Shown: positions 1-12,774 of the stretch, in pieces
Numbering within the stretch: the stretch's first letter is position 1
How the letters are laid out: each line of letters opens with the position of its first letter
DNA from: Octopus bimaculoides
Taxonomy: Eukaryota
Direction: 5' to 3'
NCBI RefSeq assembly: GCF_001194135.2
Contig: NC_068988.1
Location: forward strand, 5,330,173-5,393,573
DNA length: 63,401 bases
The notes under the pieces: model-generated
Database searches by the model: none
What the model saw: the letters and a program-made list of their open reading frames with translations, nothing else
What the model was told of the DNA's origin: nothing
Made by a program: the position numbers and the translations under genes

Positions 1-37
<37 letters not shown>

Positions 38-129
38 TGTCTGCCCGTATAACCTATGTAGCTATCTATCTATTTAGCTGTCTGTTTACTTACATAGCCA
101 TTTACCCCCCCCCACACACACACACACAC

Positions 130-629
130 ACATATATATAATCATTTTCGATTTGGCTGTAATTTTTTGTTCTGTTGATATCAGAGAATATGAGGCATGA
201 ACCACCGCCTTCTTGTTACCATCTTTATATTTATATAGCATTACTGCTCCGACACCGTACTCAGTGGCATCTGAAGCTACAGCAATCACCGTTGCAGGAT
301 CGAAGTGTGCTAACGACAAATCAAATGTTAATATTTTTTTTAAATTTCGTCGAACGCTTTCTGACAATTTTCAGACCAGTTCCACTTTACATCTTTTTTT
401 TTAATAGATTATTTAGTGGAACTCATACCTTATGCATATTTGGAATATAATTTTGGTAATAATTTACCAGTCCCAAAAACGCTTGTAAGGTCGCTGTATT
501 TGTTGGAGGGGGCATATTTTTTTTGCATCTGCCCTTGACGGATTTGGTCGACGTCCATTTCTGTCAATGATTTGTCCTAAATATTTTATTTTCGGTAAGA
601 AAAATTCACACTTTTCTTTACTCCAAGTA

Positions 630-645
<16 letters not shown>
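130..645 (-). mobile_element. Ty3/gypsy LTR retrotransposon pol fragment (RT thumb / RNase H), decayed
   Basis: KEKCEFFLPKIKYLGQII and LAHFDPATVIAVASDATEYGVGAVM...VVHASYSLISTEQK match the gypsy RT C-terminus and the RNase H 'DAS.YGVGAVL...ASRSL...E' motif. It carries frameshifts. Confidence 0.85.
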
Positions 646-1120
<475 letters not shown>

Positions 1121-1124
1121 GGAT

Positions 1125-2494
1125 TCTGGAAATACTTTTACATCTGTGGAGGAGCTGAAAATGATGATCAAGAACAGCACGCCTAGTTAGAAAACACATT
1201 TTTATTGTAACAACCAACACTTAGCCGAGATAACAATCAAAAGAGGTAGATTCTTGCAGGTTGATTCTTGTTCACTCTGTTATTTGTTATAGCCTTGATT
1301 CCACTTTCTGTAGTTCTACGCAAAGTCAACGCACACTACGAGCTGAGGAAGAATGGACCTCGTCTCAACCACTTCCTCTTCACGGATGATTTAAAACTGT
1401 TCACGAAAACAAATGAAATGGTGAGGCTGTTTGATACTATATAGATATGCAGCAAGGATATAGGAATAGAATTCGCGATTTCAAAGTGTGTGTTGCTCAC
1501 TTTGAAACGAGAGAAAGGAGAATATTGTAGGAGCATAAAACTGTCAAACAGAGAACGAATGGGAAACCCGAATGACGACGGTTACAAGTACCTTGGGATC
1601 CTGGAGTTTGACAATATCTTGCACAGAGGAATGAAAGACAAGGTCACCCCTGCATGTTTGAAGCGCTTCAAACTTCTCTTGAAGTCAAAACTCAATGCAA
1701 GGAACCTTGTGACAGCCATCAGCATATGGACCGTTGCTGTAATGCATCTATTCTGAAATGGACACCAGTAGAGATTGACAAACTCGATCGCACTACCCGA
1801 AAGACGATGACAATGCACGGTGTCCTCTACTCTAAGGCGAACGTACACAAGCTGTACATGAAGGGGTGTAAAGATGGACGTGGCCTGATCAACGCAAAGG
1901 AGTGCATCGACAGTGAAAGAAAAAACATGACTGGTATTTGGTAAACAGCGAAGAAGGCCTACTACATTATACTACTAAAGCAGAAGGATTTACCAGCAGT
2001 AGATTTGGGAGTGCTAATGAATTCCGATTACGAATAGCCAACGAGAGAGAAGAAATTCTTCTCCGCATAGAATTACATGGTCAGTTCTACCGTGAAACTA
2101 ACATATTAAAAGACCAGAAGGCATCACGGAGGTGGCTTTAACAAGGATGACCTTAAAAAGAAAACTGGAAGCCTAATCATCGCTGCCTAGGACCAGGCAT
2201 TGAATACTAACTCAGTGAAAAGAGATATATACCACACAAGTGCATCGAACCTCTGCAGAATGTGTAGGAAGAAGGTTGAAGCGTGACTCACGTTGTTAGA
2301 GCTTGTGAAAGTCTTGTGCAGAAAGGGTGCAAATGCAGACACGACAAGGTAACCCAAAACCTTCAGTGGCTACTATGCCGGAAGTATGGATACGAGGTAA
2401 CGGGTACTTGGTACCAACATACACCGGAAAAGGTAATGGACAAAAACGGGAAGACAAAAATCCTTTGACACCTTGACTTCCAGACAGACAAGGT
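1125..2494 (+). mobile_element. R4/Dong-like RLE non-LTR retrotransposon fragment A (RT C-half, CCHC knuckle)
   Basis: Contains LFVIALIPLS, NHFLFTDDLKLF, YKYLGILE, KLYMKGCKDGRGL, DQALNTN and CRMCRKKVE..THVVRAC....CRHD. It has multiple stops and frameshifts. Confidence 0.88.
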
Positions 2495-2522
2495 NNNNNN
2501 NNNNTAAAAGCTGTGCAAAAAC

Positions 2523-2588
<66 letters not shown>
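2523..2588. repeat. (AAT)n microsatellite
   Basis: Perfect run lying between R4-like fragments A and B. Confidence 0.98.
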
Positions 2589-2589
<1 letters not shown>

Positions 2590-2590
<1 letters not shown>

Positions 2591-2810
2591 CGTAAATATT
2601 CGTCGGCATCACAAAGCAGCGGCGTACCTGCATTGGAAAATATGCAGGGCGCATAAAACTATGATAAATAATTGGTATGAACAATAGCCAAATATGACAG
2701 CAATGATGTCACCATCTTCTCCGATATCTCCGTCCACACTGACGAAGCCACCAAATATGACGTTTTTATGAGGGACAAGAAAGAGAAGACATGTATACAC
2801 ACCGACTTGA
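2590..2810 (+). mobile_element. R4/Dong-like fragment B (post-knuckle region)
   Basis: RHHKAAAYLHWKICR and TIFSDISVHTD resemble the R4 'RHD.V...LHW.IC' and 'TILWDF.IQTD' motifs. Confidence 0.65.
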
Positions 2811-3176
2811 AAAACAGATTAAGACCACTTGAAACATTTAAAATTAGTCCAACACTCGTAGCAAAAAAAAAAACAAGAGATATACGGAGAGAAACTCTAA
2901 TTGTGTTCTCCCTAATAAAGTGTGACATCTTGGATGTCTTTTTCCGGAGTAAAATCGTAATCTTTTGTTCCAATCTGCCGAAATATGTATATGAGAATAC
3001 CGTTGGATAGATACGAACTCGTGGTGGCTTGGAAGAATATTCAGTGCAACGGACTGAATACTATCACAGTATTTAGTTATGTCTCTAAGTTCGGTCTCAA
3101 TTTACATTCCGCCGAGATTAGCTCAACCTTCTGAGGCAGATAAAGTAACTAACGGTCGATGTGATCTTTTTTTTTT

Positions 3177-3212
<36 letters not shown>

Positions 3213-3530
3213 ATTTCATTAAGTAGTGTCTTTACTCCCAGAATATATTGTATAGAATTTTCGTGGCGCCTGAACTATGATCTCCAGCTAATCTACATTC
3301 CAACATAAAGGTAATCTACTTCGTAAATTTAGTAGGATCACACAATTCTTATTGTACGGAATGGCATAGATTTCATCCAACACATCCCTCCCACTTTGAT
3401 ATTATAGCTAATTAGTAATTAAAGAGAACAAAAATAAGGATAAGGAAGAAATATACTTCTCTCAAAGCATAAAGCATTTCTTGTCTCTGATAATTGCTCT
3501 GCTGTATCAGACGCACTTTTTATTTTTATT

Positions 3531-3635
3531 CCCATTGCGTGGCACCTTGGGCAAGTCTCTTCTACTATAGCCTCGGGCGACCAAAGCCTTGTGAGTGGAT
3601 TTGGTAGACGGAAACTGAAAGAAACTCGTCGTATA

Positions 3636-3640
<5 letters not shown>
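3531..3640 (+). mobile_element. 5'-truncated tRNA-derived octopus-type SINE
   Basis: gtggcaccttgggcaagt..ctactatagcctc..gaccaaagccttgtgagtggatttggtagacggaaactgaaagaa, near-identical to 9631-9720. Confidence 0.85.
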
Positions 3641-3680
<40 letters not shown>

Positions 3681-4225
3681 NNNNNNNNNNNNNNNNNNNN
3701 NNNNNNNNNNNNNNNNNNNNNNNNNNNNNNNNNNNNNNNNNNNNNNNNNNNNNNNNNNNNNNNNNNNNNNNNNNNNNNNNNNNNNNNNNNNNNNNNNNNN
3801 NNNNNNNNNNNNNNNNNNNNNNNNNNNNNNNNNNNNNNNNNNNNNNNNNNNNNNNNNNNNNNNNNNNNNNNNNNNNNNNNNNNNNNNNNNNNNNNNNNNN
3901 NNNNNNNNNNNNNNNNNNNNNNNNNNNNNNNNNNNNNNNNNNNNNNNNNNNNNNNNNNNNNNNNNNNNNNNNNNNNNNNNNNNNNNNNNNNNNNNNNNNN
4001 NNNNNNNNNNNNNNNNNNNNNNNNNNNNNNNNNNNNNNNNNNNNNNNNNNNNNNNNNNNNNNNNNNNNNNNNNNNNNNNNNNNNNNNNNNNNNNNNNNNN
4101 NNNNNNNNNNNNNNNNNNNNNNNNNNNNNNNNNNNNNNNNNNNNNNNNNNNNNNNNNNNNNNNNNNNNNNNNNNNNNNNNNNNNNNNNNNNNNNNNNATA
4201 CACACACACACACACTTTTACGCGC

Positions 4226-4268
<43 letters not shown>

Positions 4269-4569
4269 AGAGTTATTTCCCTCACCCAGTGTGTTTAGAG
4301 TTACCTCCCTCTATAATAGTTATCTCCCTGTAGATATACAGAAGTTAATTGATATCAGGAAATGATCTACTAACCAACGAAATAATTGTATACTCCGCCA
4401 AGTTCTATTTATCTTCCCATTTTGTATTTTGTTACTCATCGCTGAACGACAAGGAACGACTGAGCGATTTTTGAACTACGTGAAGATAAATAATTTTATG
4501 TGCATAACGCAAGTTTTCTGCCGTTTGGAAAATAAAAACGTAATTATATACACACTTGTGTGTATATAT

Positions 4570-4708
4570 TTGTGTATGTATGTGTGTATGCATGTATGTA
4601 TGCATGCATGTATGTATGCATGCATGTATGTATGCATGCATGTATGTATGTATGCATGCATGTATGTATGTATGTATGTATGTATGTATGTATGTATGTA
4701 TGTATGGG

Positions 4709-4770
<62 letters not shown>
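4570..4770. repeat. Compound microsatellite (TATG/TGCA)n-(GATA)n
   Basis: Read directly from the sequence. Confidence 0.97.
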
Positions 4771-4773
4771 ATA

Positions 4774-5712
4774 ATGAATAAGATCAGAAGACTAATCAAC
4801 GAATTCCAAGATTCCTTCACAGACAAGGAGAAAGAGTATATATGCAACTCTGTAATCAAAGAGAGTAATTTCTACGGATTACCCAAAATCCACAAAAGCT
4901 CCGAAATACAAAGTGCCATAAATAAGCAGAAGAACCAGTGCGTAAAAAATACTAAGGCCTGCTGACCTCAAACTAAGACCAATAGTTGTTGGACCTCAAT
5001 CACCAACACAACAACTAAGTCATTTTTTAGATGTACTCCTAAAACCTTTTTACCCTTCAAATACCCAATCATGTAGGGGGTGGCATAGNNNNNNNNNNNN
5101 NNNNNNNNNNNNNNNNNNNNNNNNNNNNNNNNNNNNNNNNNNNNNNNNNNNNNNNNNNNNNNNNNNNNNNNNNNNNNNNNNNNNNNNNNNNNNNNNNNNN
5201 NNNNNNNNNNNNNNNNNNNNNNNNNNNNNNNNNNNNNNNNNNNNNNNNNNNNNNNNNNNNNNNNNNNNNNNNNNNNNNNNNNNNNNNNNNNNNNNNNNNN
5301 NNNNNNNNNNNNNNNNNNNNNNNNNNNNNNNNNNNNNNNNNNNNNNNNNNNNNNNNNNNNNNNNNNNNNNNNNNNNNNNNNNNNNNNNNNNNNNNNNNNN
5401 NNNNNNNNNNNNNNNNNNNNNNNNNNNNNNNNNNNNNNNNNNNNNNNNNNNNNNNNNNNNNNNNNNNNNNNNNNNNNNNNNNNNCTTGACGATTGCTTCA
5501 TCTTCTGGGACAAATCGAATGAAGATCTGAATATATTTAAATATATACTGAACACACTTCACCCATCCATCAAATTCACGACAGAATCCAGTTGCAATTA
5601 ATTACCATTTCTGGATATCCACATGAAAATACAGAACTCCACAGTCACAACTGACATATTTTACAAAAAAAAACTGACACACCCCAATATTTAAACTTCT
5701 ACTCTTGCCATC
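4774..5712 (+). mobile_element. Penelope-like element RT fragment spanning an N gap
   Basis: FYGLPKIHK and LRPIVVGPQSPTQQLSHFLDVLLKPF before the gap; DDCFIFW...LHPSIKFTTE....LPFLDI...TDIFYK.TDTPQYLNF after it. These are diagnostic PLE RT motifs. Confidence 0.88.
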
Positions 5713-6181
5713 GCGCTTGTTTCCCAAGAACTTGCACGCTTCAGCATTGACGCAGCCGCTCTGAGCGAAACTCGTTTTCCTAGTGACAGCAGCATGAAGG
5801 AAGTTGGCTACACGTTCTTTTGGAAAGGATAGGATGCCAATGAACCTCGCATCCATGGCGCCGGACTTGCCATCAAAACCGAGCTGGTCAAGAAACACAA
5901 CCTGACTCCAATATCAAGACGCGAACATCTGATGTCTACCCGAATTCGCTTCTCAACAATGCCTATTTTACGCTGCCCTCAGTCTATGGTCCAACTCTAG
6001 ACTCAGATGAGGAAATATAAATGCTTCCTACAACTTTCTCAACGCTACCATCCGAGCCGTTCCGCGAAACGATAAACTGATCCTCCTTGACGACTTCAAC
6101 GCCCGACTCGGCCACGATCGTCATTTCTAGCATGGCGTCCTCGGCAAATACGAGATTGGAAACTGCGACGCCAATAGACTC

Positions 6182-6213
<32 letters not shown>

Positions 6214-7410
6214 CATCCTTGGGCTCTGTGTAGAAAACGTCCTGACGATTACAAGCATCCTCATCCATCTTCCAACCCTCCACAAAACAACCTGACAACA
6301 TCTGAGGTCAAAGCAATGGCGTATGTTGAATTATGTGTTGACAAGGATCCAAGACAAGGACGTGAGGATCACCATATCCTTGCTAGACACTGATGATTGC
6401 TGGACCGATCACCGACTTGTGATCTCTCGTCTCAACTTTTCCATCCGTCTACCCCGTCGGTACTCCAATACTCAAAAGCGCAAACCGAGGTATGACTGTC
6501 ACAAATAGAAGGACTCAGGAACGTCCCAAGTCTTCCAAGAAGCGGTTAACCAACATTTGAGGGCGAGGCAGAAGGGGAATCTTTCACCAAATGATTGGAA
6601 CACTCTGCGTGACGCTATAACATCTGTTGCAGATGAGGTCATCGGCTACTCAAAGTTCCAGAACCAAAACTGAAAACAGTGAAGAGATCGAACATCTGAT
6701 CAATAAGAAAAGAGTAGCACGTATTGCTTTCGAAAACCATCCAAAGAGAAGTAACAAGAAACGCCTCAAACAAGAAACCCAGATGTACCAGATGTACCAG
6801 ATCCAGAATTTCTGGTGGCAAGCGAAGTCTGTTGAACTCTAGAGCTATGCAGACTAAGGAAACATGCATTGCTTTTATACAGGGACCAAGAAGATTTTCG
6901 ACCCCATCAGGTCGTCTACTGGTGCCTTGAAAACTGCTGACGGTCAAACCCTCACCACAGGAGAGATCCTGCATCGTTGGAGAGAACATTTCCATCTTCT
7001 CCTGAACAACCAATCTCAAACCCCAGAAGGCCTTTTCAGAAACACTCCTCCGCAGCGACCTGTCACAAACTATGGATGGCCCTTCCTCCATCATTCCATG
7101 AATTCATGAAAACCATTTATGGATGGCCCTTCTTCCATCATTCCATGAATTCATGAAAACCATTGAATGAAGAGAACTTGGAAAAGCTCCTGGTCCAGAC
7201 ATCTCTACGTGGTGGATACGAATTGAGAACCAAACTGTTCTGACGTTGAGGTTATGGGACACCAAGACAGCTCCGGATGACTTCAAAAACGCAAGCATCA
7301 TTACCATCTTCAAAGAAGGAGACTTGTCACTGTGCAACAACTACCGGCTCAGCATTGCCGGCAAGATTTTCACCAGAATTCTTCTGAATTTTCTGCTGGT
7401 TGTTGCATAA
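5713..7410 (+). mobile_element. RTE-clade LINE fragment (APE endonuclease to RT N-terminus), decayed
   Basis: ALVSQELARFSIDAAALSETRF...GYTFFWKG...HGAGLAIK, ILLDDFNARLG, WTDHRLVIS, KAPGPD and DDFKNASIITIFKEGD...CNNYR. Confidence 0.88.
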
Positions 7411-7509
7411 GATCTTTTTCTTGGTAATAAAAATCTTTCACTGGTATTTTAAATGTGGAAAGCCCCTTTTGGTTAATTTCGTTTTTTACAGGGGTTTTTT
7501 TTTTCTTTA

Positions 7510-7697
7510 ATTTACCCCTCCGGACACAACCTACGCACTTCTACAGACGAGGTCTTCACAGCTGCATAAAGCGATAGAAGAATTATGTTACCATTGGTGG
7601 TGACTATGTAGAGAAGGACTAATAATTATGTCATGTTTCGTTTATCCCAGTCCTTGGGAAGTGGGTCAGGGGAAACCTTTAATGAACACCCCTCGTA
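7510..7697 (+). mobile_element. Mariner-like DNA transposon 3' end with right TIR
   Basis: FYRRGLHSCIKR*KNYVTIGGDYVEK resembles the mariner C-terminus. It ends aaccttt-aatgaacacccctcg followed by TA (7696-7697), the reverse complement of a TA-CGAGGGGTGTTCA type TIR. Confidence 0.72.
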
Positions 7698-8356
7698 GAT
7701 GAGTACTTCAACCCCCTCCCATTATCAACGGTATTTTTATCTTATATGGCTTAAATATAGGCAGTTCCATACAGAATTTTCTACATAGGGGAGTTAGACA
7801 CTGAAGAACGAGGTCTACTTGTACATTTGACTTCTTGTCTTACACTTTTCAGGTTCAATTAAATAAGGTTATTATCATGCGAGCCTACGTTTTGCCAGCT
7901 AGTATTTATATAAATATGTATATATAAAATAGTTTCTGTACACCAAATTTGACTCGCAGGGCAGAGAAACTGAAATTAAAACAATGTGTTTGCAAGGTTG
8001 AATTCTTAATTGTACAGTCATGAATGCGCATGTGTGGAATAAATTACGTGACGCACTAGAAATATGTAAATGAATTTATTTTCTATAATACACCATTTCC
8101 AGCTTTACTCGACTCCTAGACAGACAACACGTGATTAACAAATGAAAAATTGCGTTTTGACTTAACTAAGTTTCACTCGACTGCAGCGCAATCAGAACCT
8201 CGCTCGATTTCTCTTTTAAACTGTTTAAATATCAGTCATATATTGAGGAAAATCACACAACAGAGAGCTTATAGAGGAGTTTATATTTAAAATAGAATGA
8301 CATTTCTAAACACCTGAAAATACTGTAGATATATTTGCACATCTGCATTACATATA

Positions 8357-8409
<53 letters not shown>

Positions 8410-9563
8410 NNNNNNNNNNNNNNNNNNNNNNNNNNNNNNNNNNNNNNNNNNNNNNNNNNNNNNNNNNNNNNNNNNNNNNNNNNNNNNNNNNNNNNNNNNN
8501 NNNNNNNNNNNNNNNNNNNNNNNNNNNNNNNNNNNNNNNNNNNNNNNNNNNNNNNNNNNNNNNNNNNNNNNNNNNNNNNNNNNNNNNNNNNNNNNNNNNN
8601 NNNNNNNNNNNNNNNNNNNNNNNNNNNNNNNNNNNNNNNNNNNNNNNNNNNNNNNNNNNNNNNNNNNNNNNNNNNNNNNNNNNNNNNNNNNNNNNNNNNN
8701 NNNNNNNNNNNNNNNNNNNNNNNNNNNNNNNNNNNNNNNNNNNNNNNNNNNNNNNNNNNNNNNNNNNNNNNNNNNNNNNNNNNNNNNNNNNNNNNNNNNN
8801 NNNNNNNNNNNNNNNNNNNNNNNNNNNNNNNNNNNNNNNNNNNNNNNNNNNNNNNNNNNNNNNNNNNNNNNNNNNNNNNNNNNNNNNNNNNNNNNNNNNN
8901 NNNNNNNNNNNNNNNNNNNNNNNNNNNNNNNNNNNNNNNNNNNNNNNNNNNNNNNNNNNNNNNNNNNNNNNNNNNNNNNNNNNNNNNNNNNNNNNNNNNN
9001 NNNNNNNNNNNNNNNNNNNNNNNNNNNNNNNNNNNNNNNNNNNNNNNNNNNNNNNNNNNNNNNNNNNNNNNNNNNNNNNNNNNNNNNNNNNNNNNNNNNN
9101 NNNNNNNNNNNNNNNNNNNNNNNNNNNNNNNNNNNNNNNNNNNNNNNNNNNNNNNNNNNNNNNNNNNNNNNNNNNNNNNNNNNNNNNNNNNNNNNNNNNN
9201 NNNNNNNNNNNNNNNNNNNNNNNNNNNNNNNNNNNNNNNNNNNNNNNNNNNNNNNNNNNNNNNNNNNNNNNNNNNNNNNNNNNNNNNNNNNNNNNNNNNN
9301 NNNNNNNNNNNNNNNNNNNNNNNNNNNNNNNNNNNNNNNNNNNNNNNNNNNNNNNNNNNNNNNNNNNNNNNNNNNNNNNNNNNNNNNNNNNNTAAATAGC
9401 AAAATAACTGTACCAAATTTTGCATTGAAAGTATGTTTCCAATATAATAGAAGTTATTGTCTGGGTCTACATATTTAAATATGAGTGCAATGGGTTAAGT
9501 ATAGAACAAATATACTTGGAAAATATAAATTTGAATACATAAAAGTAACATTTTCTATACATA

Positions 9564-9968
9564 GGCGCAGGAGTGGCTGTGTTGTAAGTAGCTTGCTTAC
9601 CAACCACGTGGTTCCGGGTTCATTCCCACTGTGTGGCACCTTGGGCAAGTGTCTTCTACTATAGCCTCAGGCCGACCAAAGCCTTGTGAGTGGATTTGGT
9701 AGATGGAAACTGAAAGAAGCCTGTCGTATATATGTATATGTATGTGTGCGTATATGTTTGTGTGTCTGTGTTTCCCTCCGCCCCAACATCGCTTGACAAC
9801 CGATAGTGGTGTGTTTACGTCCCCGTAACTTAGAGGTTCGGCAAAAGAGACCGATAGAATAAAACTAGGCTTCCAAAGAATAAGTCCTGGGGTCGATTTG
9901 CTCGACTAAAGGCGGTGCTCCAGCATGGCCGCAGTCAAATGACTGAAACAAGTAAAAGAGTAAAAGAG
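9564..9968 (+). mobile_element. Near full-length tRNA-derived SINE
   Basis: A-box-like gtggctgtgttgtaa, B-box-like ggttcattccc, caccttgggcaagt core, internal (TA/TG) tract and a 3' ggtgctccagcatggccgcagtcaaatgactgaaac end. Related pieces occur at 3531, 14210 (-), 31111 and 61555. Confidence 0.87.
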
Positions 9969-10379
9969 TATATGTATGTGTGCACGAGTGGTGGGAGGGT
10001 TAGGGTTGGCGTGTATACATTCCTATATCATTACTGTTTTTTTATTTTTCTGTTTTCTTTGTTTTTGTTTGTTGGTCATTTTANNNNNNNNNNNNNNNNN
10101 NNNNNNNNNNNNNNNNNNNNNNNNNNNNNNNNNNNNNNNNNNNNATATGTATCTATCTGTTTGTGTGTGTGTGTGTGTGTGTGCACGCGCCACTTTAAAA
10201 GTATATACCTCGACCAAGACTTAGTGCTGCCATTTCGAGTCAACGGTTATCCTGTGGCAATGAGAAATAACCCAGAAACCATGGTCCGTAGGTACCGTTT
10301 AAGGCTGAGTGTGAACATTAGCTCCCTTGTTTCCAGGTATAAGGATACAGTTGTGCGTCGGGAGCCTGCTGGAAAAGTC

Positions 10380-10620
10380 AACTTGAGAGGCATAGGGAAA
10401 ATATTAAATTAGCAGAATCTAGCCATTGAGTTACAAAGGCTATGGGAAGTGAGAGTAAAGTGCATTCATAGATGATTTAGGAACAAACCTTAGAGATTTG
10501 AACAGACAGATAGAGAAAATAGCCATAAAACCTAGTTTAGTGCCACTCCAGAAAGCAGTATTATTAAAGACAAGCCAGGATACTTTAGAAGGTTCTTTGC
10601 CTTTAAGATCACTTGTAGCC
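10380..10620 (+). mobile_element. R4/Dong-like fragment C (extreme C-terminus)
   Basis: LAIELQRLWEV and LQKAVLLK..ILRRF resemble the R4 terminal 'LQKAVLLGTARILRRVL'. Confidence 0.65.
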
Positions 10621-10699
10621 CATGTTAGGAATTTTTCTTTTCCAACAGTCTAATCTGTTATGCGTGTGAAATATCAATATTAAATTAATTAATTTGTGA

Positions 10700-12765
10700 A
10701 AACGATGTAAAATTCAGAAAATGAAGAAAGATGAAGAGAAAACATAGATTCTTTCCAAAAGAACTGCTTTCAACAAAAGAAACACTGCAACAAAAATTCC
10801 AAGCAAAAGCTCGAAGAATACGAATATTTGAGAAGAGAAACAGGTTTTTTCAAGCAAACTAAGCTGCTCACATCCAATGCGAAAACATTCTACAGGAAAA
10901 TAGGGAAGGAGAAAATAACAGTTGAAGATTACCCTCCCATGGAATAAGTTGAAAACTTTTGAAAAAAATATCTGGTGTGAGGAAAAGACAAACAATGAAA
11001 ATACAGACTGGCTTATATGCACAGAAGGATCCTACCAAAATTTACCAGAATAAGCATGAGAAGACATCGCAATAAAAGACGTAAGGATGACACTCAAAAA
11101 GTCCCATAAATGGAAATCCCCTGGTAATGATAGGGTGCCAAGTTTCTGGCTCGCATCGCCCCCGTGCGCACACGAAAAGTTAGTTCAAGGAAATTATTTG
11201 AGATCTTAAGAAAACACCTGGCTGGTTAGCACAAAATTTCCCCAAAACTATCGGCCCATAATATGTCTATCTACCACGTATAAAATTTTAACATCCATCT
11301 TCGTGGAGAAAACACAAATTTATGGAACAGAACGATATATTCGCCACTGAACAAAAAGGGTTCCGACGAGGCTCATATGGATGCAAAGACCAACTCTTAA
11401 TCAATTGCATGATCCTTGAGAACTGTCATAACAAACACAGAAATTTCAGTTACGCATGGGTTGATTGTAAAAAGGCCTTTGACAGCATACCACATTCATG
11501 AATCTTGAAATCGTTGGATATTTTCAAAATTTCTCTTGTGATTTCAAACTTCCTGAAGCACGACATGTCAGTGTGAAATACGAATCTCCAATTATTCCAC
11601 TCTAATGGAGTACTGACCACAAACAATATTAATATCAACTGCGGCATTTTCCAAGGTGACTTACTGTCACTTCTAATTTTTTACATAGCCTTAAAACTCC
11701 TTACAAGTGAACAGAACAGGATTTGGGTATAAAACTGATGACAAGAAAATAAGCCATCTAGTTTATATGGATGACTTAAAACTCTACGACAGAGACGTTA
11801 ATGAGCTTGAAGGTCTATTGCAAACTGTAAAAGCATTCAGTGATGACATCAGGATGGAATTTGGTCTCTATAAATGTGCCAAGGCCACTTTCTAGAAAGG
11901 GAAATTAAAGACCTCACATTCAGTGGTGTTGGATGTTGACACAGTCATAAAAGAACTCGAGCAGGAAGAAACCTACAAATACCTCGGAATAAACGAGGGC
12001 TCTGGCATTCAGCATGCGAGTATGAAAGAGAAGACTAGAAAGGAATGCAACAGGTGAATCCGAGCAGTCTTAAAATCCGAGATAAATGCACGTAACAAGG
12101 TGTTAGCTATAAATTCCTTAGCAGTCCCAGTTGTTATTTACACTTTCAACGTGTTGAACTAGAATATGAGCGAAATAAGAAAGACTGACAGGAAAATCCG
12201 TAAGCTGCAGACTTGCTATAAGATGCACCACCCAAAAGCGAACGCAGATCGTCTTTACCTTCCCAGAGCTCAAGGAGGTCGAGGCTTGATCCAATTTGAA
12301 ATCTCTTACAGAACCACTAGAATTGGACTGACAAAATATCTGGCAACATCTAACGACTGGATGTTATAACTCGTTAAAAACCACGAGAGACGTAAGAAGC
12401 TTCATTCTGTCATGAAGGAGAGCAAAATATTTACTAATGAGTTCATGCTTAATATCCAGGTTGAACAGCATGATAGGAGTGCGGCACCTGTTGTTGCAAA
12501 GAAAGTGAAATCAATGACAAAGCAAAAAGTATTTAAACAATTGGCTGATAGATGGGAACAAAATCTTCTGCATGGCAAATATGTGGCCCATAGCTAACGA
12601 GCTGATGTAGACCAAATGCACACATATCAGTGGCTACGGAGCTCAGGACTAAAGGCAGAGAGCGAAGGCTTTATCTTAGCTGCTCAAGATCAGAGTTTAT
12701 TGACCCAGAACTACAAAGCCAATGTGATGAAAAATTGAGTAGACCCAAAGTGCTGATACTGCATC
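10700..12765 (+). mobile_element. R4/Dong-like fragment D (complete RT region), decayed
   Basis: WKSPGND, YRPIICLSTTYKILTS, EQKGFRRGSYGCKDQLLIN, WVDCKKAFDSIPH, GIFQGDLLS, HLVYMDDLKLY, DRLYLPRAQGGRGL and SEGFILAAQDQSL. It is truncated at the CxxC knuckle. Confidence 0.92.
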
Positions 12766-12774
12766 TTGTTTTAA

